From: Bacteroidales bacterium
GTDB taxonomy: Bacteria; Bacteroidota; Bacteroidia; Bacteroidales; UBA1402
NCBI GenBank assembly: GCA_017380635.1
Contig: JAFODP010000015.1
Location: forward strand, 6,155-70,154
Direction: 5' to 3'
DNA: 64,000 nucleotides
This document shows positions 1 through 8,575 of the stretch, in pieces. A program made the translations under genes and the position numbers. The stretch's first letter is position 1, and each line of letters starts with the position of its first letter. The notes below the pieces were generated by a model that saw only the letters and a program-made list of their open reading frames with translations, made no database searches and was not told where the DNA came from.

Positions 1-262
1 TGCGCAGGAATCGGTCTACATCTTCTTGGGTATACCAATATTTATCTCCTTGACGTGAATATCCAAGGTAGCCATTATCACGCAATTTCTTCAGGTATTT
101 ATCCTTTATACCCAATTTTACCATCAGTGCCTTATTATCATATAGATGATTTTGGGGCATTTGATGTTGAGCCAAAGCCTTTTCCTGCTTCTCTACAGTG
201 TGGAGAATTTTCTCCAATAATTCCCGTTCACATAGGGACTCTACATTCTTAATTTTAGCCAT
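1..262 (-). CDS. Helix-turn-helix DNA-binding protein, excisionase-like (3' end cut by window edge)
   Basis: My own reverse translation from the ATG at 262 gives MAKIKNVESLCERELLEKILHTVEKQEKALAQHQMPQNHLYDNKALMVKLGIKDKYLKKLRDNGYLGYSRQGDKYWYTQEDVDRFLR. The ending (L..LR..G.L.Y...G.KYWY...DV..F) resembles the Bacteroidota HTH_17/xis-like proteins that accompany integrases. It is absent from the ORF track because no stop codon lies inside the window. Confidence 0.6.
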   Translation of the reverse strand, partial: MAKIKNVESLCERELLEKILHTVEKQEKALAQHQMPQNHLYDNKALMVKLGIKDKYLKKLRDNGYLGYSRQGDKYWYTQEDVDRFLR

Positions 263-502
263 ATACAATTTAAATTATGGCTCAACTGTCCTGATGCGCA
301 CTCGGACTTTTAAGCCGGGTTATTTTGCCATGGTACGATTGTGCACATCGTCCATAACCGCAGCGAAAGTATAGAATCCTTAGGACCCAGAATGTTATGA
401 TGGATTAGTCAGTATGTTATGAATAATGTTAGGGTTAGTTATGTTGATGTCATGACTAATATTGCAACTATCTGATTATAAACAAAAAGAGTAGCCGATT
501 GG

Positions 503-1135
503 CTACTCGAAAAATTTATCAATCTCTGTTGATTTTACTGGGACTGCTAGGTCTTTCCTATTTTGTCGGGATTGCCCCAGCCCCGAGATATCAAACAAAT
601 TATTTAGTTCTGTGTCCGGGAAAAAAGTTTCTCCAAACTTCCAGGATCCTTTATCATCAAATTTTGAAGGTATTGGTTTGTCCCCACAATAAATACGCCC
701 ACACATATACGCCAAAAGAACTTTTGATTCGTTCCATTTATAGTGTGTGCCATCTTCTTTCATATAACCAACTTCTATTGCCTTTGCAAAAACTTTACGA
801 GCCAATTCTGTATCCAATGCTTCAGGAAGAATAACTTCAGTCTCAATAGCTACAACCTCTTCCACATTATTAATAGTTTTCTCACGAAGAACTTCTGCGC
901 CAATGACTAATGCAGCTGCTGAAATCAGAAACATAATTGTGCCCCAAAACTCAGATGAGCCAGTTTCGTTATCGCTGACAGGATTTACAATTCCAAGTCC
1001 AACGAGTAATAATGTACCTACGAATAATGTAATAGCACTCGACCATAGAATTACTCTTGCGTATTTTTTGAAGACGAAGGCGATTGCCAACAAAATAACG
1101 CAAAGACCAATATTAAGAAATATAATCTGCAACAT
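503..1135 (-). CDS. Hypothetical membrane protein: 3-4 N-terminal TM helices plus a soluble C-terminal domain, carried as element cargo
   Basis: 210-aa ORF with hydrophobic N-terminal segments (IIFLNIGLCVILLAIAFVF, ITLFVGTLLLVGLGIV, IMFLISAAALVIGA) followed by a charged globular part. It sits 8 bp downstream of the integrase stop in the same AT-rich block. I recognise no family. Confidence 0.6.
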   Translation of the reverse strand: MLQIIFLNIGLCVILLAIAFVFKKYARVILWSSAITLFVGTLLLVGLGIVNPVSDNETGSSEFWGTIMFLISAAALVIGAEVLREKTINNVEEVVAIETEVILPEALDTELARKVFAKAIEVGYMKEDGTHYKWNESKVLLAYMCGRIYCGDKPIPSKFDDKGSWKFGETFFPDTELNNLFDISGLGQSRQNRKDLAVPVKSTEIDKFFE

Positions 1136-1142
1136 ACTTAAT

Positions 1143-2501
1143 TCAAATTATTTCTAGAGTTTTAAATTCATCTTTTAAACGTGCTACCTCAGTAGAAAGA
1201 GTTTCCGGAAGAAATCTTGCATAAACTTTCTCTGTTACATCGGTACTGCCATGTCCTAAAAGACGGCTTACTACAGTCATAGACAAACCTTTATTTAAGG
1301 CAAATACTGCAAAAGTGTGTCTGGCTACATGCATTGATAAATTGAATGGCAATCCTATCTGTTCGCCCACTACGACTAGTGACTGGTTGATACATTTAGT
1401 GGCATTATTGCGAGCTTTATAAAGGGCTTCTGCATCATCCAAGTCCAATTCGTCTTTGACAAGATTGAATACATATTTACAACCCTCTCGTTTTTCTTGC
1501 CATTGTCTTAAAATAGATATAGCTTGTTCTGTAAGAGGAATTACATGACGTTTGTTTGTCTTAATCATTATTTTTCGTAACTCCTTCTTCTCAAAATTTA
1601 TATGACTCCATTGCAATGTCATTACATCTACAACACGAAGACCACAAGCATGGAATGCAAAGAAGAAAATCTCTAAGAACTCCTTTCTGCGTGGTTCAGG
1701 GCAGGTTTTGTAGTATTCCAATAAGGCAAGTAATTGTTCTATATTCAGGCTCTTCCCATCAAATTCACTCTCCTCTTCCGACAAAGACACCTTTGTTACA
1801 ATGCGCATATCCTGTATTCTTGCATTAACAGAAGGTTCCAGCATACCCATTTCACAAGCGTAAGCACAAGCTTTTAATATTGGTGTTAAAGAGTGATTGA
1901 TTGTTGCATCACTATTCTGCTTTATCTCTCTACGCCATAAAATATACGCATCCAATAATTCAGGAGTTATATCTCCTACATAGATTGAATCAGCACGATA
2001 TGTACCCTGTTTTGTAGAACGAAGGAATGTTTGGAATATATTCATTCCGCTTTTCCCATTTTCATATCGGCTACGCCCAATTTTATTTCTTGAGTATTCC
2101 GAATAAAGACGCTCCAATGTGAAATCAACAAAATCTTTTCCTTGGTCTGGGCGTGTTAATGGTTTATCTGCAAGAAATCCCGTAATAATATCGGCAGTAA
2201 TTTGATTGGGATGCTTTTCATTATACTCAGCAAGCATAGAGTCCATCCGCTCAACACGTGCCAACAACAATTGATTGAGACGTTTGTACTCGGGACCATA
2301 ACTCACACGAATCTCTCCACGGCCCTGATTGCCGTTTTGATTCCAGTCGGCTTCCTTAACAAAGACATTTGTTGTCTTGCGTATAATCTGTCTATTCCAA
2401 GTATATTCCAACTCAATAGGGTAGGCTTTATTTTTATCAGACTCCTTCGGAGTGCGGAGACGATATTTGCCCAACGGATATAATCTCTTCGGTCTTCCCA
2501 T
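1143..2501 (-). CDS. Tyrosine-type site-specific recombinase/integrase
   Basis: 452 aa. The C-terminal catalytic region (HVARHTFAVFALNKGLSMTVVSRLLGHGSTDVTEKVYARF) shows the R..H..R/H..Y pattern of phage-integrase-family enzymes. The long N-terminal arm-binding/SAM-like region is typical of Bacteroidota element integrases. Confidence 0.9.
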   Translation of the reverse strand: MGRPKRLYPLGKYRLRTPKESDKNKAYPIELEYTWNRQIIRKTTNVFVKEADWNQNGNQGRGEIRVSYGPEYKRLNQLLLARVERMDSMLAEYNEKHPNQITADIITGFLADKPLTRPDQGKDFVDFTLERLYSEYSRNKIGRSRYENGKSGMNIFQTFLRSTKQGTYRADSIYVGDITPELLDAYILWRREIKQNSDATINHSLTPILKACAYACEMGMLEPSVNARIQDMRIVTKVSLSEEESEFDGKSLNIEQLLALLEYYKTCPEPRRKEFLEIFFFAFHACGLRVVDVMTLQWSHINFEKKELRKIMIKTNKRHVIPLTEQAISILRQWQEKREGCKYVFNLVKDELDLDDAEALYKARNNATKCINQSLVVVGEQIGLPFNLSMHVARHTFAVFALNKGLSMTVVSRLLGHGSTDVTEKVYARFLPETLSTEVARLKDEFKTLEII

Positions 2502-2554
2502 ACGCTTCCTTTTGTTTTAATATTCCTGAGGATGTACAAAGGTAGTGTATTTTA

Positions 2555-2648
2555 GACAAACAAATTCCATTTTTAAGCAGAAAAATCACAATTTAGACAA
2601 ACAAATCACACCATTTAAGCCTATAAAACACCAGCGGGACAAACAAAT
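2555..2648 (+). repeat. Three direct copies of GACAAACAAAT (2555-2565, 2596-2606, 2638-2648) spaced 41-42 bp; candidate arm-type recombinase binding sites
   Basis: Read directly from the sequence. The first two copies share the longer form TAGACAAACAAAT. The repeats lie between the int start (2501) and the first chromosomal gene (2700). Confidence 0.6.
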
Positions 2649-2699
2649 TATTTTTGCCTATCCCGCTGATATTTAAAAGTTTGACTTAACTTTTACCTA

Positions 2700-2921
2700 T
2701 TAATACTCATCCTCATTAAAAAAGAAGTCTTCTTTGCTGGGGTAATCGGGCCAAAGGTCTTCCATGCTTTCGTAGATTTCGCCTTCGTCTTCGATTTCCT
2801 GCAGATTTTCAATTACTTCGAGCGGAGCGCCGGAACGGATGGCGTAGTCGATCAACTCATCTTTTGATGCAGGCCATGGTGCATCTTCCAAATTTGAGGC
2901 CAATTCAAGAGTCCAGTACAT
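2700..2921 (-). CDS. DUF2795-like small acidic protein
   Basis: 73 aa. The motif WPASKDELIDYAIRSGAPLEVIENLQEIEDE matches my memory of the DUF2795 pattern (P..K.ELI..A...GA...V...L). Confidence 0.7.
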   Translation of the reverse strand: MYWTLELASNLEDAPWPASKDELIDYAIRSGAPLEVIENLQEIEDEGEIYESMEDLWPDYPSKEDFFFNEDEY

Positions 2922-3006
2922 AAGTTAGTATGAATTTAAGTTATTTGCTATTAATTGCTTAAGGCGCGCAAAAATAGTATTTTCTCTCAAAAAAACAAAT
3001 AGCTTT

Positions 3007-3570
3007 TCATTTTCCGTCCCAAAAACATTCTTCCCCCTCGTTCAGGCACAATTTTCGGCTCAAAACATAAAGATAATCCGATAGACGATTGAGGTATTTC
3101 AGGAGGTTGCGGTCGATGTTTTCGCTTTGTGCCAGGCTGACGCAATTCCTTTCGCAACGACGGCAGACACAGCGACAAATATGACATTGGGCCGTGGCTT
3201 TGTTGCCTCCGGGAATGGTGAACATCGTCACTTTGGGCAAAGAGGCTTCAATTAGGTCGATTTCCGTTTCCATTTCCTGCAATTTTTCCAGGCTCAATCG
3301 GCTGATGCTTTCGCAACGCGCTTTGATGCCTTCGTGTTGCAAATCGGATGGCGTAGCCAACTGCATACTCAGACGGAAAAGATGTTTCTGAATATCAATG
3401 ATATGTTCTTTGCGGTGTTCGCTGCTCAAGTATTCTCTGAGCAAAGCCAGATGCGCATTGAGTTCGTCCAGACTGCCGTAAGCTTCCAGACGCGGATCGT
3501 TTTTCGCTACATCAACACCGCCAATCAGTTGGGTTTGTCCCTGATCGCCTTTTCGGGTATAGATTTTCAT
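3007..3570 (-). CDS. ATP:cob(I)alamin adenosyltransferase, PduO type
   Basis: The N-terminus MKIYTRKGDQGQTQLIGG...KNDPRLEAYGSLDELNAHL is the hallmark of PduO/MMAB-type adenosyltransferases. I moved the start to the internal Met at 3570; the track ORF begins at 3603. Confidence 0.85.
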   Translation of the reverse strand: MKIYTRKGDQGQTQLIGGVDVAKNDPRLEAYGSLDELNAHLALLREYLSSEHRKEHIIDIQKHLFRLSMQLATPSDLQHEGIKARCESISRLSLEKLQEMETEIDLIEASLPKVTMFTIPGGNKATAQCHICRCVCRRCERNCVSLAQSENIDRNLLKYLNRLSDYLYVLSRKLCLNEGEECFWDGK

Positions 3571-3646
3571 AGTTTTCGAAAAATTTTTCGCGAAAATAAT
3601 CAAGAGTTTTCATTTTGACAATACCAAAACTCTCGCGCGAAATCCT

Positions 3647-3654
3647 TACTTTTG
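3647..3654 (+). promoter_or_regulatory. Bacteroidota -7 promoter box TACTTTTG (consensus TAnnTTTG)
   Basis: Exact consensus match 54 nt upstream of the ATG at 3708. Confidence 0.4.
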
Positions 3655-3707
3655 CCTTGCAAATACTACGAATATAGCTTGTTTGCTTCGTACAAAATGC
3701 TAAAACA

Positions 3708-4310
3708 ATGAAAAGCTGGTATCAACTCAGAATGTATTGGAAACATCTTTTTCTGACCCGTCACCGAGGCGGGCACGGGGTGCATTCGCCTTTGCTTTTC
3801 GAATTGATAACCAGAGTGATAGAAGAAAAGTGTGCCTATTATTGTTACGAAGATATCGAAGCAAATCTCTCGGCGGATGGCAAATCGTCCTTGTCGATGC
3901 CGGCAGCGCAATTACTCTTTCGTTTGCTGAATTTTTGGCAGCCGGCGCAGTGTCAGACTTGGTTTTCGGCTCCGGACGCTCGTCGGGATGCTTATGTGCA
4001 GCAGGCACTTACGGCTTTTCGTGCGCAGGCTTCGCGTAGGGCTTTGGTGGTGGATTTGTCTGCGTATTCGGCCGAAGCTTTGCCTAGGCTTTACGATAAA
4101 TTGGCATCGGCTTTGCAAGAAGCTCGCACAAAAAATCAGGCTAGCATGTTGATATTGTTGCATCCGCACAGCCGTAGCTCGCAACGTCAATTCTGGCGAC
4201 GAGCCAAGCAAGATTTACAATGTCCGGTGGTGCTGGATTGTTACGATTTGGCTATCTTGTTGGATGCGAGTACTTTGTCTGAATTCTCCTCCAAACTTCG
4301 TTTTTGTTGA
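3708..4310 (+). CDS. Hypothetical protein, possibly a degenerate class I methyltransferase-like protein
   Basis: 200 aa. The N-terminal GGHGVHSPLLFELI resembles the HGVHSPFVY start of a Bacteroidota SAM-MTase-like family, but I see no GxGxG SAM motif. This is a weak call. Confidence 0.45.
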   Translation: MKSWYQLRMYWKHLFLTRHRGGHGVHSPLLFELITRVIEEKCAYYCYEDIEANLSADGKSSLSMPAAQLLFRLLNFWQPAQCQTWFSAPDARRDAYVQQALTAFRAQASRRALVVDLSAYSAEALPRLYDKLASALQEARTKNQASMLILLHPHSRSSQRQFWRRAKQDLQCPVVLDCYDLAILLDASTLSEFSSKLRFC

Positions 4311-4331
4311 CAATGGCCATTCGAGGCAGAT

Positions 4332-5327
4332 TTATTTCAAGATGAAATCTTTCAGGGCTGGGCTGTGCCAAGTTTGCAAATTGCCTTCGTTGTCGCTGTA
4401 AATGAAATAAGCCCACACTTGCGGCATACTCTCCAAAAGCGCCACGGCGCGATCCATACCCATTACCATGAACGAAGTGGCTAAGGCGTCGGCGGTGAGG
4501 CAGTTGTCGGCAATGACGGTAGCGCTGAGCAGACTGTGTTGCACGGGATGACCGCTGCTCGGATCAATGGTGTGCGCCACCTTGCGACCATTGTTCACAT
4601 AAAAATTTCGATAGTTACCCGAAGTAGCCATGCTCTTGTCTTTCAGCTGCATAATGCTTTGCAGTTCGCGTTGCATGGCCGTGGGATCTTCGATAGGTTT
4701 GTCGATGCCTACCGTCCAAAGTTTCGATTGGCTGTTGAGGCCTCGCATACAGATTTCGCCACCAATTTCCACTAAATAATCGCTCACGCCTTTGCTTTCC
4801 AGATACGCGGCCACCACATCGCAGGCGTAACCTTTGGCAATGGCCGAAGCATCCAACATCACGCGAGCGTCTTTTTTGCGCAATTGGCTGCCGTTCAATT
4901 CCAACAACTGATAACCCACAAAATCCTTGATGCTGTCGATGGCTTGTTGCGTGGCTTGCTGACTTTTATGGAATCCGAATCCCCAAAGATTTACCAAAGG
5001 CGCCACCGTCATGTCGAAAGCACCCTCTGTCAGGCGTGAAATTTGCAAAGCTTGTTGTATCAGATGCAGGGCCAAACTATCGTTGCTCAAATCGAAGGCT
5101 TCCGTGTCGGCTTGGTTGAAACGACTCAACGTAGACTGCGGATTGAACATCGACAGCGATTGGTTGATGCTTTGCAAAGCTTCGTCTATGCCTTTATGCA
5201 GCGAACGGCTATGACGATAAGTGATATGATAACTGGTGTGGAAAATCTCGCCGCTGTCTTGCTGATACGATTGGCAAGAACAAAGCAACGTCAGCAGGCC
5301 GAGCAGCCAGAAACGGAAAATCTTCAT
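4332..5327 (-). CDS. apbE: FAD:protein FMN transferase (ApbE family) lipoprotein
   Basis: 331 aa with a lipoprotein signal (LLTLLCSC). ApbE-family motifs are present: GAFDMTVAPLVNLWGFG, AIAKGYACD, ATSGNYRNFY, HTIDPSSGHP. Confidence 0.9.
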   Translation of the reverse strand: MKIFRFWLLGLLTLLCSCQSYQQDSGEIFHTSYHITYRHSRSLHKGIDEALQSINQSLSMFNPQSTLSRFNQADTEAFDLSNDSLALHLIQQALQISRLTEGAFDMTVAPLVNLWGFGFHKSQQATQQAIDSIKDFVGYQLLELNGSQLRKKDARVMLDASAIAKGYACDVVAAYLESKGVSDYLVEIGGEICMRGLNSQSKLWTVGIDKPIEDPTAMQRELQSIMQLKDKSMATSGNYRNFYVNNGRKVAHTIDPSSGHPVQHSLLSATVIADNCLTADALATSFMVMGMDRAVALLESMPQVWAYFIYSDNEGNLQTWHSPALKDFILK

Positions 5328-6004
5328 CGTTTGAATGGTAATAAATAGTATAAACTGAAGGAGAAGGCTTGGTTGCTTTCTCTATTCGGTCCGTAAGCGG
5401 GAATAAAGGCGGGCGCCGAAGCCGAGGCATTGTTCACCGCCAAGCGTCTTTTCAAGGTTAAGGTCCAACCCAAAGAAATCGGGCCCCAAACATTGGTGCG
5501 CATGCCGACATCTATTTCGAGCCAATGGCCTCCGGCGCGCTGATTGTGCAAATCTACGCAATAAGCATCTTCCCAATAAGAAGCGTTAAATTGCACATTT
5601 TCAAGCTGATAATTGAAGCGCGAATAAGCGTAACGCAATCCTGCGAAAAATTGATTTTCGGCGTGCGGTCCGTATTTGCTGATGGGCAGATTCAATCCGA
5701 CTTTCGTATAAAAACCTTGCCCAAAAGAGCGCGTTTCGTTTTGCTTGCTGATGTCGAAAGAGGCGTAACCCAATTCCAGACAAGGATTGAGTCGGTTGTA
5801 AAGATTGACATCCACTTGCAGATTTATCTTACCATTCTGACCCAAAGCCATTTGTCCGGCCGACACCAAATCGACACCCAAATAAGCGCCATGAAAAGCG
5901 ATGCTGTCCCATTCGGCCTTGGGTTTTTCTTTGGGCGCGGCAAAACAGATGTTGATGACACATCCGAAGCAGGCCAGCAGGAATATGATTTTTTTATTCC
6001 ACAT
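5324..6004 (-). CDS. Predicted outer-membrane beta-barrel protein (DUF6048-like)
   Basis: 226 aa with a signal peptide, alternating aromatic/hydrophobic strands and a C-terminal ...YYLLPFKR. It overlaps both neighbouring genes in a tight minus-strand operon. Confidence 0.6.
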   Translation of the reverse strand: MWNKKIIFLLACFGCVINICFAAPKEKPKAEWDSIAFHGAYLGVDLVSAGQMALGQNGKINLQVDVNLYNRLNPCLELGYASFDISKQNETRSFGQGFYTKVGLNLPISKYGPHAENQFFAGLRYAYSRFNYQLENVQFNASYWEDAYCVDLHNQRAGGHWLEIDVGMRTNVWGPISLGWTLTLKRRLAVNNASASAPAFIPAYGPNRESNQAFSFSLYYLLPFKR

Positions 6005-6482
6005 AGATTTTCAGATGTGTAGTGTTTTGGTTATCAACTACTTCGTTTAAAATGACGATGTCTTTTATTGCGTCTTGCTGCGGCAATTCCGTTCCATTAA
6101 TATGGTGTTTGACAATGGCGCCACATTCCATCGACAGAAAGAAACGCTGGTTGTCGTGATGAATGCTCAGCACATCGTGGTGCCAGACGGTGTCCATATT
6201 CAACGAGATTTCGAAACTGCTTTGCGTGTCGTTGGCTTTGAGCGGCAATTCCAAGAGCGACAGACTTTTTTCCTGACACCAGAGGGAATCGCTATCCAGT
6301 CCTTTGATGCTGACTAAAGCTTTGATATTTCGTTCTTTACCCGTACTATCGATGCGACACAACTGCGCGCGCAAAAACACATCGGTCTGTTCCTGACAAG
6401 GCATTTCGATATTGCAGGAAACGAAAGACGCGGCCAATAAGAAACTCAGGCTGAGAACGAGTATGTTAAATCTCTTTTTCAA
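5994..6482 (-). CDS. Small lipoprotein (DUF6452-like)
   Basis: 162 aa with a signal peptide and lipobox (LAASFVSC). It overlaps the GT2 gene stop by 17 nt. Confidence 0.6.
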   Translation of the reverse strand: MKKRFNILVLSLSFLLAASFVSCNIEMPCQEQTDVFLRAQLCRIDSTGKERNIKALVSIKGLDSDSLWCQEKSLSLLELPLKANDTQSSFEISLNMDTVWHHDVLSIHHDNQRFFLSMECGAIVKHHINGTELPQQDAIKDIVILNEVVDNQNTTHLKIYVE

Positions 6483-7419
6483 TGATGTAATGGTTGCGTT
6501 CGGAAGAATTTCGCGTAATCAGTTCGGCAATGAATCCACTCAGGAAAAGTTGTGTTCCCAAGAGTATACAGGTGAGTGCCAGATAGAAATAAGGCATGTC
6601 GGTAATCAGCGGAGCGGGAATGCCTTTGGCCAAAGCCGACAACTTCATGGCGCCAATCAGCACCACGGCAATGAATCCCAACAAGAACAACAGGCTGCCG
6701 ATCAATCCGAAGAAATACATGGGTTGCTTGCCGAATTTCGACAAAAACCACAAGCTAAGCAAATCCAGATAGCCATGCACAAAACGGTTCAATCCGAATT
6801 TCGACGTGCCGTACAGACGCTTTTGGTGTTGCACCACTTTTTCGCCGATATTGTCAAAGCCGGCATTTTTGGCCAGATAAGGAATGTAGCGGTGCATTTC
6901 GCCGTACACTTCGATGTTTTTAATCACATCCTTGCGATAAGCTTTCAGTCCGCAGTTCATGTCGTGCAACTTGATGCCGGTGATGGCGCGAGCTGTCGCA
7001 TTGAAAAGTTTAGACGGCAGATTCTTGGCTAGTTTTGAATCGTAACGCTTTTTCTTCCAGCCAGATACCAAATCGAAACCATCCTTGGTAATCATCTTGT
7101 AGAGTTCGGGGATTTCGTCCGGACTATCCTGTAAATCGGCATCCATGGTGATGACTACATCGCCTTGCGCCTTGGCAAAACCGCAGTAAAGCGCGGGCGA
7201 TTTTCCATAGTTGCGACGGAATTTGATTCCCTGAACAATATCGGGATGCGAAGCCTTCAAACTTTCTATCACTTTCCACGAATCGTCGGTAGAACCATCG
7301 TTTACGAAAATCACTTCGTACGAAAATTGATGCTGAATCATCACGCGCTCTATCCAGGCGTACAATTCGGGCAAAGATTCGGCTTCGTTGTATAAAGGTA
7401 TAACAACACTGATATCCAT
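6466..7419 (-). CDS. Family 2 glycosyltransferase (polyprenol-phosphate sugar transferase type, two C-terminal TM helices)
   Basis: ISVVIPLYNEAESL...VNDGSTDDS...TMDADLQDSP are classic GT2/DPM1-like motifs. Confidence 0.9.
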   Translation of the reverse strand: MDISVVIPLYNEAESLPELYAWIERVMIQHQFSYEVIFVNDGSTDDSWKVIESLKASHPDIVQGIKFRRNYGKSPALYCGFAKAQGDVVITMDADLQDSPDEIPELYKMITKDGFDLVSGWKKKRYDSKLAKNLPSKLFNATARAITGIKLHDMNCGLKAYRKDVIKNIEVYGEMHRYIPYLAKNAGFDNIGEKVVQHQKRLYGTSKFGLNRFVHGYLDLLSLWFLSKFGKQPMYFFGLIGSLLFLLGFIAVVLIGAMKLSALAKGIPAPLITDMPYFYLALTCILLGTQLFLSGFIAELITRNSSERNHYIIEKEI

Positions 7420-7430
7420 AGTTGTCGATC

Positions 7431-7994
7431 TTATTGATTGTTAGCGAGATAATCTTCTTTTCGGCAAATAGCTGCCATGATGAGCGAGAGGAATGCGCCG
7501 CCCATGATATATACGAAAATGTAGGTGAATGTCACTTGAATGGCTGTGGGTGTGCCCATGTCGAGGATCATATCCATTTGTTCGGAGGTCAATCCGGCTT
7601 GTTCAAAACTAAGCATCAATTGGTTGAATAAATCGCTCAGGTAATTGGGTTGCAGAAATTGCATGTGAACAAACTGGAACACGGCGGCTATCAGCGCAGC
7701 AAATGCGTAAATCCAGAAACTCAGCGTCCAAGCTTTGCCAAAACGGATGTATCCGCCCATTTGCTCTTGACGAAATGTTCTAACAAAATGGTACACAAGA
7801 AACAGCAAGCCGATTTCGGCCAAAGAACAGATGGTGCGCACCAATTTTGCTTGCGGGAAAAATGCTTCCAGCAGATAGATAACGCCCATGGCAAGACCCA
7901 AAATAAGGCCTTTGTTGGCGGCAAAATTCAGCGCATTATTGTCTTTGTTTGCCTGAACCTCAGGCGATTGCTGTGTAAGATTTTCGTTTTCCAT
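7431..7994 (-). CDS. DUF4199-like multi-pass membrane protein
   Basis: 187 aa with four hydrophobic helices. From memory, DUF4199 membrane genes sit upstream of this GT2 in Bacteroidota; the pairing was not checked. Confidence 0.6.
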   Translation of the reverse strand: MENENLTQQSPEVQANKDNNALNFAANKGLILGLAMGVIYLLEAFFPQAKLVRTICSLAEIGLLFLVYHFVRTFRQEQMGGYIRFGKAWTLSFWIYAFAALIAAVFQFVHMQFLQPNYLSDLFNQLMLSFEQAGLTSEQMDMILDMGTPTAIQVTFTYIFVYIMGGAFLSLIMAAICRKEDYLANNQ

Positions 7995-8016
7995 AAGACA
8001 TTTTATTTATAAGGTA

Positions 8017-8024
8017 CAAAAGTA
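8017..8024 (-). promoter_or_regulatory. -7 box TACTTTTG on the minus strand for the DUF4199-GT2-lipoprotein-barrel-apbE operon
   Basis: The plus strand reads CAAAAGTA. The box is about 23 nt upstream of the ATG at 7994. Confidence 0.4.
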
Positions 8025-8176
8025 GTGAAAGGCGAGCGAAGATAAAACAAGTTCGCTTGATTTTTTATCCTGAGTTGAAGGCCGCTTGAAAGCTTGCTTT
8101 CAAAGCGGCCGAAAACGAAGGATAAAGAAAAGAAAATAAGCCTAGGCTTGTTTTCTTTTCCGAGCCGCATCCTACT

Positions 8177-8333
8177 TTGCGAGCCGACGAAGGGAGCATA
8201 GCGACCGAAGCGGCGAGAAAAGTAGTGCGGAACGGAAAATCTTTGCGAAGAAAAGCGGAGCGGAAAAGCTTGCGAGCTGACGAAGGAGGCGAGAAAAGTT
8301 CGCAGCTGAAAAGCTGTTTGCGAGCCGACGAAG
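8177..8333 (+). repeat. Three dispersed copies of TTGCGAGCYGACGAAG (8177-8192, 8270-8285, 8318-8333) in a 465-bp non-coding spacer
   Basis: Read directly. The spacer also holds a 13-bp hairpin at 8080-8110 (GGCCGCTTGAAAG / CTTTCAAAGCGGCC). Confidence 0.7.
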
Positions 8334-8460
8334 AAAAGCAAAGCGATTCTGAGCAGGCGATAAAAGTAGCAAAATTCTTGAAAATCAACACTCTACATTA
8401 TTGTTTCTTGAGAATCTGATAATTTTTTGCGGAGGTGCTTGTGGGTATTAGTTTTTTTTG

Positions 8461-8468
8461 TACTTTTG
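8461..8468 (+). promoter_or_regulatory. -7 box TACTTTTG driving the small RNA plus tRNA-Thr unit
   Basis: Exact TAnnTTTG match ending 6 nt before the first G of the terminal stem of the downstream structured RNA. Confidence 0.5.
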
Positions 8469-8473
8469 CGGCC

Positions 8474-8571
8474 GGGAAAGTCCTATACGGCCAGCTCCCT
8501 GCGAATCCCCCCAGGGCTTGACCGCAGCAAGGGTAGTTTGGTTGTAGCGGCGCGATATAGATCGCTTTCCC
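8474..8571 (+). ncRNA. ffs: Structured RNA of about 98 nt, probably signal recognition particle (4.5S/ffs) RNA
   Basis: It hand-folds into one long hairpin. The closing stem is GGGAAAG (8474-8480) with CTTTCCC (8565-8571), followed by CTATA/TATAG and further stems. The apical part CCCCAGGGCTTGACCGCAGCAAGGG resembles the SRP helix-8 signature CCAGG...AGCAGC.AAGG. The canonical GGAA tetraloop is not obvious, so the identity needs a covariance-model check. Confidence 0.5.
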
Positions 8572-8575
8572 TCCC

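Larger units (their letters stand above)
1..2650. mobile_element. Terminal part of an integrative (mobilisable/conjugative or prophage-like) element; the rest lies left of the window
   Basis: The xis-like HTH gene, cargo gene and integrase are all on the minus strand. This block is visibly more AT-rich than the DNA to the right of about 2700. Repeated 11-mers lie just outside the int gene. The exact boundary was not determined. Confidence 0.5.
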
